Shown here piece after piece: positions 35,888-43,537 of a stretch of 55,815 bases of DNA. The stretch is from a virus (taxonomy: Duplodnaviria > Caudoviricetes), in the IMG/VR virus record IMGVR_UViG_3300032291_001093, positions 1-55,815 of that record. One strand, written 5' to 3'. A program made the translations under genes and the position numbers. The stretch's first letter is position 1; every line of letters begins with the position of its first letter. The notes beneath the pieces are model-generated. The model did no database searches, had not been told where the DNA came from, and saw only the letters and a program-made list of their open reading frames with translations.

Positions 35888-37044
35888 TGTATTCATCGCT
35901 ATACGAATTCTGTACCGTGCGTCAATTGGAATACTTGGAGGCTGTAGAGAAATATGGAAGCGTAAGAGGGGCAGCTAAACATTTAGGGGTCAACAAGAGC
36001 ACAATCACTGAGGCTATTACATCAGTCAAGAAAAAGGCTTCGTTCAGAGGCCACTCCCCTGATCACGACATGACCCACGTAGTACCAGAGGGCTACACAG
36101 TTAAAGGTGTTTCTACTTATTACGATCAAGATGGCAAGCCTAGAGGTCAATGGGTAAAGTCTACAGTAGACGCCGATAAGAAAGAAGAGCTTGTCAGAAT
36201 AGCTGTTGAGCAGCTTTCACAAGAAATTAAAGGACTATCGCCCATTCCTGAAGCGCCCAAGTATTCGCATGAAGATATTTTAACTGTTATCCCGATTGGC
36301 GATCCACACTTCGGGATGTATGCTTGGGCGGAAGAGGCTGGAGATGATTTCAATTCTGAGCTGGCTCGTGACTTGACTCTTGGTGCCGTTGACCGGCTCA
36401 TGAGCTGTACACCTGAAACAAAGACATGCGTGATTATACCACTTGGAGATGTGTTTCACGCTAACGACCAATCAAATATGACCCCAGCTCACAAGCATCA
36501 GCTTGATGTAGATAGCCGCTTTGTAAAAGTGTTGGGGATAGGTATAGAAGCTTATCGACACTCTATCCTGCGGGCTTTGGAGAAACATGAAGAGGTCATT
36601 GTCAGGTTCGTAGCCGGTAACCACGATCCTCAAGCCATTTGGGCACTTGCCTTCACTATCCAAGCCTACTTCTCCAACAATCCTAGGGTGACCGTAGACC
36701 TGTCTCCCGCTAGGTTCTGGTTCCATCGCTTTGGAAAGGTCTTAATCGGGGCTACACACGGCGATACGTGTAAGCATGACCAGTTACTAGGGGTGATGGC
36801 TTGTGATCGCGCTGAGGACTGGGGACAGACCAAGCACAGGTACTGGTATACAGGACACGTTCACCATCAATCTGTGAGAGAGTACCCTGGCGTTGTGTGT
36901 GAAAGCTTCAGAACCCTAGCAGCTAAGGATGCGTATGCTGCGGGGCATGGTTACCGTGCTGGGAGAGACATGGTGGCTATTATCCACCACCGTGACCACG
37001 GTGAGATCGAGCGTCACAGATGTGACCTCGGGATGCTCAAATAA
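35884..37044 (+). CDS. HTH plus calcineurin-like metallophosphoesterase
   Basis: GSVRGAAKHLGV HTH; GDPH, GDVFH, GNHD, HGD, GHVHH metal motifs. Confidence 0.85.
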   Translation: MMYSSLYEFCTVRQLEYLEAVEKYGSVRGAAKHLGVNKSTITEAITSVKKKASFRGHSPDHDMTHVVPEGYTVKGVSTYYDQDGKPRGQWVKSTVDADKKEELVRIAVEQLSQEIKGLSPIPEAPKYSHEDILTVIPIGDPHFGMYAWAEEAGDDFNSELARDLTLGAVDRLMSCTPETKTCVIIPLGDVFHANDQSNMTPAHKHQLDVDSRFVKVLGIGIEAYRHSILRALEKHEEVIVRFVAGNHDPQAIWALAFTIQAYFSNNPRVTVDLSPARFWFHRFGKVLIGATHGDTCKHDQLLGVMACDRAEDWGQTKHRYWYTGHVHHQSVREYPGVVCESFRTLAAKDAYAAGHGYRAGRDMVAIIHHRDHGEIERHRCDLGMLK

Positions 37045-37258
37045 GAGCTAAATGCCGCTCGGCAATTTCTAGATCAATTGATTGGCCAGTCAGGCTGTAA
37101 TTGATCAGATGGTTGGCAGCAATCAGGGCAGCTTGCTTGTCCAAGACTTTACGCTCGCTACTTTGCAGCAGGGGCATAAACTCTGCGTCCTTTGAGGGGA
37201 AGCCGAGAGCAACGAAGCCAGGCGAATAATCGTCCATGCAGGGGGCCATTCCAGTCAT
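37037..37258 (-). CDS. Hypothetical protein
   Basis: 73 aa, AAGGAG RBS. Confidence 0.55.
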   Translation of the reverse strand: MTGMAPCMDDYSPGFVALGFPSKDAEFMPLLQSSERKVLDKQAALIAANHLINYSLTGQSIDLEIAERHLALI

Positions 37259-37261
37259 AAC

Positions 37262-37420
37262 TCACTCCTTTAAGTAAATTTCAGAACGTAACACTTCAAT
37301 TTCATCTAACAAACGATTGATCACATCACATGCATCCAGTAGAAGGCTGTTAACGCCCTTCTCCTCCCATGCAATAAAGTCGTATTTGTTTCTCAAATAT
37401 TGAATCTGCTCATCAGTCAT
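37262..37420 (-). CDS. 52-aa hypothetical protein (not in ORF track)
   Basis: MTDEQIQYLRNKY...YLKE; ATGA coupling. Confidence 0.55.
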   Translation of the reverse strand: MTDEQIQYLRNKYDFIAWEEKGVNSLLLDACDVINRLLDEIEVLRSEIYLKE

Positions 37421-37542
37421 GTTTTTGCCTCACAAATTTTAGAAATCACGTTCATCACGTCTTTGTGAGCCATGTGCTCGCCAATTAAATATCCCATAAC
37501 GAATATTGCAATTGCAGCAATCATGACATCCGATCTGTTCAC
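37417..37542 (-). CDS. Small single-TM protein
   Basis: GTGA-coupled start at 37542; hydrophobic helix. Confidence 0.5.
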   Translation of the reverse strand: MNRSDVMIAAIAIFVMGYLIGEHMAHKDVMNVISKICEAKT

Positions 37543-37739
37543 TCTTCTATCCTTGATAGAGCGGTCTCTAGAACCTCTTTGATGTAGTTGAGTCCATCGT
37601 CCATCCGTCCACTGTCTATTCGACGCTGGGTCGAATTTAGCTCGTGGTAGGCCTCTCGGATAGCACTCCACGCCTCGTGAGCATAGTGGGCCTCGCGGAA
37701 CTCAAACTGGTCGTCATACGTCACTACTATCTGTTTCAT
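37539..37739 (-). CDS. Hypothetical protein
   Basis: 66 aa, AGGAG RBS. Confidence 0.6.
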   Translation of the reverse strand: MKQIVVTYDDQFEFREAHYAHEAWSAIREAYHELNSTQRRIDSGRMDDGLNYIKEVLETALSRIEE

Positions 37740-37941
37740 ACGTCACTCCTGGTGTATATAACTTACCTTCGGCTATTGCACTCTTCAGCATATTCACAAA
37801 CGCATAATTTAAAAGATACTCGATGGTTTTAGAGTCAATGTTCTTTAACAAGATATCGGCACTACCATCTTGATTCTCTTTTATAACTTCAAGTTCAATT
37901 TTAACATAGTCGGAGATACTTGTGCTAGTTTTTTCGCTCAT
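37714..37941 (-). CDS. Hypothetical protein
   Basis: IKENQDGSA motif; ATGA-coupled start. Confidence 0.6.
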   Translation of the reverse strand: MSEKTSTSISDYVKIELEVIKENQDGSADILLKNIDSKTIEYLLNYAFVNMLKSAIAEGKLYTPGVTYETDSSDV

Positions 37942-38081
37942 GATGTCATTTTCCATAGTCCGATGTTGCTAAATGCATAACCTGCGTAAGCGATGGCCAT
38001 GCCCATATTGCCCTTGTAGCCTTGCTCGATGGCCACAATCGTGTAAATCAAACCCGTGGTTGCAATCAGCCAGCCGCTCAT
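37938..38081 (-). CDS. 47-aa two-TM protein (not in ORF track)
   Basis: MSGWLIATTGLIY...YAGYAFSNIGLW; AGGAG RBS. Confidence 0.65.
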   Translation of the reverse strand: MSGWLIATTGLIYTIVAIEQGYKGNMGMAIAYAGYAFSNIGLWKMTS

Positions 38082-38205
38082 AATGGAATCTCCTGGCAGT
38101 AACCCAACATAAACAAAACAAGGACAAAAAGACTGAACATACCTATGTGAGCAAACACTAACCTAAAGTAGTGCACTACCCCATAGACTTGGGGCTGGTG
38201 TTGTT

Positions 38206-38409
38206 TTAACCATTTGAACATGACTTGTCCTTTAGCTCTTCTTCATCAGTAAGCCATTGACGCACATAAAACTGATCACCTAAGTCTTCAATCTCAGCTT
38301 GGGGATAGCCGTTAGCAACCAGCCATTCCCGCATATCACCATCTTTGGTGTCGTATTTTTTAGGGAATCCATACCTCCACCCAGCAGGTGGGTCAACCCA
38401 GATTTTCAT
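38206..38409 (-). CDS. Hypothetical protein
   Basis: VDPPAGWRYGFPK...WLVANGYP. Confidence 0.65.
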   Translation of the reverse strand: MKIWVDPPAGWRYGFPKKYDTKDGDMREWLVANGYPQAEIEDLGDQFYVRQWLTDEEELKDKSCSNG

Positions 38410-38626
38410 GTTTGTCCTTAAACATTCGTTGATGGCACATGTCTTCAAAGATATTCCATAGCTTCTCTTGCCTCAGAGCGTTGATAGTAATGAGTCCTAG
38501 CAAGGCGTTAGCCATGTCGTCTTGAGACAGCTCTGGCCCGTTGCATACACGATCAAAGAGCAGGTTTAAATCACCCTCTAAGTCCGTCTTCAAGATCGCC
38601 TGTTCTAAATCAAATCTATCGCTCAT
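38393..38626 (-). CDS. Hypothetical protein
   Basis: DRFDLEQAI...NALLGL...KLW. Confidence 0.65.
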   Translation of the reverse strand: MSDRFDLEQAILKTDLEGDLNLLFDRVCNGPELSQDDMANALLGLITINALRQEKLWNIFEDMCHQRMFKDKHENLG

Positions 38627-38787
38627 GCTTCACCTTTGTATATAGAAACCAGCAAATACAATAAACGCCATGAAACAAGCCACAGCAAACAGACCTTTAA
38701 CGATCTGCAAGTTCTGATGCCGTCTCCAGTTCTTCTCAAAGGTCAGTTCTGATTCTCTGAGCTTTGCTTTTAAGTCTGATTGGATAG

Positions 38788-38982
38788 TCATACCATTTCC
38801 CCATAGTAAGAGAGGATTTGTTTGTACGCGCCCTTCAATGCGCCGATGTGTTGCGCCTCAATCTCAGGTTCATGCGAAAAGACGGGGATAGTCTCTGTCT
38901 CCAGCATCTCAAGGTCTTCCCTTAATCGGTCAAGAAAGATGTCGTCTATAGTGTCGTTGGTTATTTCAATAGTCAGTTTCAT
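38788..38982 (-). CDS. Hypothetical acidic protein
   Basis: Likely start MKLTIEI. Confidence 0.55.
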   Translation of the reverse strand: MKLTIEITNDTIDDIFLDRLREDLEMLETETIPVFSHEPEIEAQHIGALKGAYKQILSYYGEMV

Positions 38983-38983
38983 G

Positions 38984-39622
38984 TTAGTCCGATAGTGCGT
39001 GAAAGTATTTGCCAAATAATCTGAGTCCATTTTTGTTCCGCAGCTCATGTGCGGCTAGGGCCACGTAGTCCGTCTCTCTTGTGTGGTTAGGGCCTTCTAC
39101 CAGCTTGTGGACTTTGCCAAACTCGTTTTCCACGGCAACGCTTTGGTAGTCGCACTCACCGGTGGAATATTGCTCTATCCATTTCCCATCCACCAAACAT
39201 TCAAACGCTTGGATCATTTCACCCAGCACGTAGTCCCAGCGCTTGAAATAGTTGTCGTCTGTGTCCCACTCGTTCTCTTTTGGCGGCGCAGAGGTTGATT
39301 TAAGCTCTTCTGGGACATCTTCATCATCAACAAATGGTGCTCCATGTTTATGCTCTTGAAGCTGCTTGAGCATAGGTAGGATGATGTGCGCCAAGGTGTG
39401 ATCAGCAGACCATGTGTCAAATTTATCTATCTTGACGTAAGTGATCTGAGGGTGCAGGAAATCCAATATTTTCTTCCAGCCCTCACAAAGCGGGTACATG
39501 AGTTCATGCAGCCGATCAATCTTTGGTTCGGAGTAATCTATCTCCCGCCAAAAGAATACTTTTTCGAGGATTGTGTAGGGAGAAATCCAATGATTTCTGT
39601 ATTGGCTTAAGTAGACTTTCAT
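38984..39622 (-). CDS. Hypothetical phage protein
   Basis: Likely start MKVYLSQY after AGGA; DTWSADHTLA.II.PMLKQL...HGAP, RWDYVL.EMI.AF. Confidence 0.75.
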   Translation of the reverse strand: MKVYLSQYRNHWISPYTILEKVFFWREIDYSEPKIDRLHELMYPLCEGWKKILDFLHPQITYVKIDKFDTWSADHTLAHIILPMLKQLQEHKHGAPFVDDEDVPEELKSTSAPPKENEWDTDDNYFKRWDYVLGEMIQAFECLVDGKWIEQYSTGECDYQSVAVENEFGKVHKLVEGPNHTRETDYVALAAHELRNKNGLRLFGKYFHALSD

Positions 39623-39710
39623 AGCTGTCCTAGTAAGTAGATGGTGCCAATAGTTATCAGGGGGCCTAGTGCCACCAAAAACATGATCAGATAGCACATT
39701 AAAAGTATGT

Positions 39711-39899
39711 TCATTTGTTCCAATCCTCATTCTCTTCAAAATCAAACCACTCGTAGATTTCATGCATGATGGCATCTCGGATTACAAACTTAATTTGATC
39801 ATCTGTCGGTTCATCCGTATGTTTGTAGGCACGAGCCATTCCGTAAGTAATACCGTTCTCGATGCACATCTCAAGCACCGCTTGTTCTTTAGGTTTCAT
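39711..39899 (-). CDS. Hypothetical protein
   Basis: 62 aa, ATGA-coupled. Confidence 0.6.
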   Translation of the reverse strand: MKPKEQAVLEMCIENGITYGMARAYKHTDEPTDDQIKFVIRDAIMHEIYEWFDFEENEDWNK

Positions 39900-40162
39900 G
39901 ATTTTTCAAACAGACCTTTCCAATTAGGTTTTCTCCAGCCCTCTTCATTTATCATTGGCTGATAAGAACTTAATTCATAATTTGACTCATCGCCATTAAC
40001 TTCAAAACAATACCCTGCGGTGTGGGCGCGCTTAATCTTTACAGAATAAGGATCAATGAATTCATCTATGGCCCAGAACAAACCCTCTTTATCTTCCGCC
40101 ATAGCAAATCCAATCCATCCGCTCCCGTCACCATTGTCAGCCTTATAGTAATAAGCTCTCAT
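39896..40162 (-). CDS. Hypothetical protein
   Basis: 88 aa, GGAG RBS, ATGA-coupled. Confidence 0.6.
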   Translation of the reverse strand: MRAYYYKADNGDGSGWIGFAMAEDKEGLFWAIDEFIDPYSVKIKRAHTAGYCFEVNGDESNYELSSYQPMINEEGWRKPNWKGLFEKS

Positions 40163-40326
40163 TTCTTATCTCCACTAATTCGTTCTTTCTCCAGCCGCTG
40201 CACCTCTAGGATGGCATCACGCTGTTTGGCCATGTGGTTTAGGAAGCATTCCTTGTGGGCGTACTTACCCAGGAAGGCTGACTCTTCGTTGTGTTCTACA
40301 GGCTTATCGCAAAGAAAACAGTTCAT
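40159..40326 (-). CDS. Small zinc-finger-like protein
   Basis: CFLC...HKEC; GGAG RBS before the ATG at 40326. Confidence 0.55.
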   Translation of the reverse strand: MNCFLCDKPVEHNEESAFLGKYAHKECFLNHMAKQRDAILEVQRLEKERISGDKK

Positions 40327-40358
40327 GTTTAACTCCAAGTTAAGCAATTAGAGCATGT

Positions 40359-40559
40359 TTATTTGACTTCTTCAACCGTGATGACGTAATTTTTTCCTTG
40401 CATATCCGTCACCTCGATGGTCTTCTTAGAGCTGACCATGCGTCCTTCGGCGTCTACGTCAAACTTGATGGAGCCAACCAGCTTGATAAGGCCCTCCTGG
40501 TCATGCTCCAGCAGGGCTTTCTTGGTTAGGTGGCTGATGTAGTCACAATAGGCAAACAT
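40359..40559 (-). CDS. Hypothetical protein
   Basis: 66 aa, AAGGAG RBS. Confidence 0.65.
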   Translation of the reverse strand: MFAYCDYISHLTKKALLEHDQEGLIKLVGSIKFDVDAEGRMVSSKKTIEVTDMQGKNYVITVEEVK

Positions 40560-40720
40560 GGTTTCTCCTTTTTAAAGTGGGCGTATTGGATTGGGTTGTG
40601 CAGGTACAAGGCTACCTCTGAAATGTCCTCAAACTGCACGTCAGCGGTGCTATTGATAATTTGGAGGGCCAACTCCAAACCAGCATCAAGCCCTCTTCTG
40701 TAGTCGGTTCTATTGTCCAT
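40526..40720 (-). CDS. Hypothetical protein
   Basis: Likely start MDNRTDY. Confidence 0.5.
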   Translation of the reverse strand: MDNRTDYRRGLDAGLELALQIINSTADVQFEDISEVALYLHNPIQYAHFKKEKPCLPIVTTSAT

Positions 40721-40721
40721 G

Positions 40722-41024
40722 TTAAGCCTTTGGTGATACGCGGATAGAAGCACCTTTGGTGGTGTACTTCGCAATTTGTTCAGGGGTAGCACCCAGCTCT
40801 GCTAGCAAAGCTTTGTAGTCTACGGTAGTGGTGTTGACCAAGCTTACGGCTACACCGTATTGCTCGCCACGGTGGTTGCCCTCACCCAGCTCATTAGCAA
40901 TTTGGTCTTTCAGCTCTTTGCACTTGGCAGTAAGGTCTTTGACCTGGCGGTCTAACACGGCCAAGGTGTCGATGGGGTTTGCCAAGCTAAGGGCAAGGGA
41001 TTCAGCGGAAGTAATTGCGTTCAT
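40722..41024 (-). CDS. Hypothetical early protein (coiled coil plus VDYKAL)
   Basis: 100 aa, preceded by the repeated leader element. Confidence 0.7.
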   Translation of the reverse strand: MNAITSAESLALSLANPIDTLAVLDRQVKDLTAKCKELKDQIANELGEGNHRGEQYGVAVSLVNTTTVDYKALLAELGATPEQIAKYTTKGASIRVSPKA

Positions 41025-41091
41025 ATCTGTCTCTCTATCGTTCCTGCAACATCGCAGTGGTTGTATCTTAACTTAAAATTAAAGGATTATT

Positions 41092-41241
41092 CTAGGTATT
41101 TTCCCTAGGTTCTTCCCAACGGCTACCTTCCCAGGTCTCAGGGTCACGGTCATAGCAAGCCGCCTCATAAGCCTCTTGCCTTGTAAGGTGGTACTTGATC
41201 TCTAGGAACTCTTGCCTGTCCACTAATTCGTTGTAGTTCAT
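41092..41241 (-). CDS. Small hypothetical protein
   Basis: GGAGGT RBS before MNYNEL. Confidence 0.55.
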   Translation of the reverse strand: MNYNELVDRQEFLEIKYHLTRQEAYEAACYDRDPETWEGSRWEEPRENT

Positions 41242-41242
41242 C

Positions 41243-41461
41243 TCAAACCTCCTTGGTGATGAGGTACTCGTGGGCGTAGTCCAAAGACTCCACGGCAGCA
41301 ATGATGTGATCTTGGTGCTTCATAGGGCTACGCATCAACTTGGCGGTCAGAGCCGCAATGATTGCAGCAGCAGCCTCTTCTGTAATTTGTGTAGCATCCA
41401 AGCCATTGATGGCGCGTAGGGCGTTAGCTGCCACCATAAAACCGTGTTCCATTGAGTCCAT
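41243..41461 (-). CDS. Hypothetical early protein
   Basis: 72 aa, AAGGA RBS, preceded by the repeated leader element. Confidence 0.65.
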   Translation of the reverse strand: MDSMEHGFMVAANALRAINGLDATQITEEAAAAIIAALTAKLMRSPMKHQDHIIAAVESLDYAHEYLITKEV

Positions 41462-41506
41462 TTTGCTTCCTTGTATCGTTACCTGCGACGTTGCAGTGAT
41501 AGGAAG

Positions 41507-41523
41507 TTTAACCGAAAGTTAAA
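41507..41523. promoter_or_regulatory. Palindromic operator TTTAAC-N5-GTTAAA in a leftward promoter region
   Basis: Perfect inverted repeat; related copies at 35427, 40328, 41067 and 46773. Confidence 0.65.
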
Positions 41524-41563
41524 GCAATACAAGTACTTTTGTAGGAATTTGCAAAATATTTTT

Positions 41564-41848
41564 CTAAGTGTTTACCCTAGCTAGCGTCCAGTCCAACAAT
41601 TCTTGCTGGGTGACGCCGTAGTGCTTCTCAAATCCTTTGGTTCCTAGACCGTGGATTCCTGTGTTGCCCCTATGGTGCTCTACGCAAAAGGGCATGACGG
41701 TCAGATAGTCTCCCTTGCCCCAGCCCCCAGTTCTAAGGTGGTGCAGCTCTACGGGGCCAGGCTCATGTGGCCCGTGTATGTGGTGGCATAGACAACATCC
41801 CAGCTCCGCTACAGCATTCATGTGCTGCTTTTCTTTGAGAGTTGTCAT
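41564..41848 (-). CDS. Ref-like (recombination enhancement function) HNH-type nuclease
   Basis: VAELGCCLC...ELHH.R.G...PFCVEHHRG..GIH. Confidence 0.75.
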   Translation of the reverse strand: MTTLKEKQHMNAVAELGCCLCHHIHGPHEPGPVELHHLRTGGWGKGDYLTVMPFCVEHHRGNTGIHGLGTKGFEKHYGVTQQELLDWTLARVNT

Positions 41849-41853
41849 TGTTT

Positions 41854-42117
41854 TTACGATTGGCTTTTGGCTAGACTAGACCAACTTGCACGTTTCTTTC
41901 TGCGCACATTCATTTTTTTTATGTCCTCATCTTTCATATAGGGCCACCATCGTTGTGTTTTTTCATCTGTAGGCCATTTAGTAAGTTCGTCAACAAAACG
42001 AACTATGTTAAACATTGGATATTTCTTTTTGTATAGCCATAAACGAATAATCAATTTATCTTTTATCCAATCTTCCGCCCATTCAAATTGGTTTTGATTT
42101 TCAAACTTGCTAATCAT
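41854..42117 (-). CDS. AT-rich hypothetical protein
   Basis: 87 aa, Lys/Trp-rich, visibly lower GC than its neighbours. Confidence 0.55.
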   Translation of the reverse strand: MISKFENQNQFEWAEDWIKDKLIIRLWLYKKKYPMFNIVRFVDELTKWPTDEKTQRWWPYMKDEDIKKMNVRRKKRASWSSLAKSQS

Positions 42118-42136
42118 TTAATTCTTTCTTCCTTGG

Positions 42137-42466
42137 TCACATCAATGACCTATCTTGTGCTCGATTGGAGGCTTCCATGGATCGCCACACTTCTATTCTT
42201 GCTTGTGCGGCTATCAGCATCCACCGCTCTTGCTCACATGCCCTTGTAGCCTCTTGTAGGTGCTCTAGGTGCGTTTTGTAGCGCGGGTGGGCATACGCCT
42301 CCCTCTCTTGGGATACGGCGCTTGTAAAGCCGTTGTGTTCGGCTTCTTGCATAAGCTCTGCTTTGACAGTCTTACGCATCTCTTCCATGTAGACAAGATC
42401 AGCTTTAGCTTGAGCGTAGATCTTGCTATGGGTAATTAGGTAATCAACGGCATCTTGAATGTTCAT
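42137..42466 (-). CDS. Helical phage protein
   Basis: QEREAYAHPRY...IEVWRS..AS.R. Confidence 0.7.
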   Translation of the reverse strand: MNIQDAVDYLITHSKIYAQAKADLVYMEEMRKTVKAELMQEAEHNGFTSAVSQEREAYAHPRYKTHLEHLQEATRACEQERWMLIAAQARIEVWRSMEASNRAQDRSLM

Positions 42467-42837
42467 CTGTAAAAGTACTCATCATTAACTCGGCTAGGCC
42501 ACTTGAGGTAATCATTAGCGCCAGGTCGGTGCACTTGGGTCTTAAGCTCTGCGCCGTCATAGGTTCCCGTCCCTCTAACCGTGCTTACAGACTTGAGTGG
42601 GATTTTTATCGGGCCAAGGTATTCCAGCCTCTCTTCACCCAGATCTGTGAGCTGGAGCAAGTTGTCTCTAATTTCAGCCATTCCATCAGAGATTAGCGGC
42701 TCCACCACAAACTCTTTGAATCGAGCTGTAGAGCTGTTGCTGATAGCTTTACGCAGATCATTAAGGTCATGCGGGTGTCGAGCAAGCCTGACCATTGCGT
42801 GATGGATCGTAGACCCACGGTTGTACTTTGACTTCAT
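42463..42837 (-). CDS. Hypothetical protein, possible winged helix
   Basis: LQLTDLG, RPGANDYLKWPSR; ATGA-coupled. Confidence 0.65.
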   Translation of the reverse strand: MKSKYNRGSTIHHAMVRLARHPHDLNDLRKAISNSSTARFKEFVVEPLISDGMAEIRDNLLQLTDLGEERLEYLGPIKIPLKSVSTVRGTGTYDGAELKTQVHRPGANDYLKWPSRVNDEYFYR

Positions 42838-43262
42838 TCAAGTTCCTCTCGAACTAATATGTCCACCCCAGGTACTGCGGAATAGAGCTTTTTAACATTA
42901 AGAAATATAACTTGCACATCATCTTTGTAAACAACATTATTCATGCTATCCAAAATTTGCTTGGCCACATTATCCACATCTGGCTTTTTCGTATGTTTTT
43001 CCTTGCCAGACAAACAGTCCTTAGTCCGTTGTTTGGAGTAAGACTTGGGCACAGAGAACCGAACGTAAAGAAACACGCTTAGAGGCGTTTCTAGAGGCTC
43101 TGACTCCCCCATAGCTCTAGTGGCAGCATCTTTGATTTGCTGTTCATAAGACTTTGTTTTGGCATCGGTGTAGGTCTGCACAAAGTTTTTGGTACGGCGG
43201 AATCTAGGTCTGCCCTTCCCCTTTGGCTCGCCCTCTACCGTGAAGCATACTTGCATGGTCAT
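42834..43262 (-). CDS. rusA: RusA-family Holliday junction resolvase
   Basis: GEPKGKGRPR, KKPDVDNVAK.ILDSMN.VVYKDD.QV. Confidence 0.92.
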   Translation of the reverse strand: MTMQVCFTVEGEPKGKGRPRFRRTKNFVQTYTDAKTKSYEQQIKDAATRAMGESEPLETPLSVFLYVRFSVPKSYSKQRTKDCLSGKEKHTKKPDVDNVAKQILDSMNNVVYKDDVQVIFLNVKKLYSAVPGVDILVREELE

Positions 43263-43537
43263 CTGAATTTATTCATTCTGTTGCGGAGATCTTGGATTGC
43301 CTTCTCCCCGCGGGTTTTACGAATCTTTTCGGACATATCGTCCCACCACTCTCTAGCACCCCCAAAGCCTCTTTCATCTTTCTTTTTCTTAAAGCGCTGT
43401 ATCCACTCTCTAGCTTCGCAGTCTCTCATGTGCTCAATAGTTTCAGGGCTGATTGTGACATTTGATGGTGCGAGTCTTTCCGTAGGTACAGCTTTTTCTC
43501 TTTTTTGAGGCTTCATTTTTTGCTTAAAATGTTCCAA
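43259..43537 (-). CDS. Hypothetical protein
   Basis: HMRDCEAREW...IRKTRG. Confidence 0.65.
   Translation of the reverse strand: MEHFKQKMKPQKREKAVPTERLAPSNVTISPETIEHMRDCEAREWIQRFKKKKDERGFGGAREWWDDMSEKIRKTRGEKAIQDLRNRMNKFR

Noticed and set aside
35489-36726. Minus-strand ORFs under the peptidase/phosphoesterase cassette
   Set aside because: The plus-strand frames carry clear catalytic motifs; the minus-strand ORFs are shadows.
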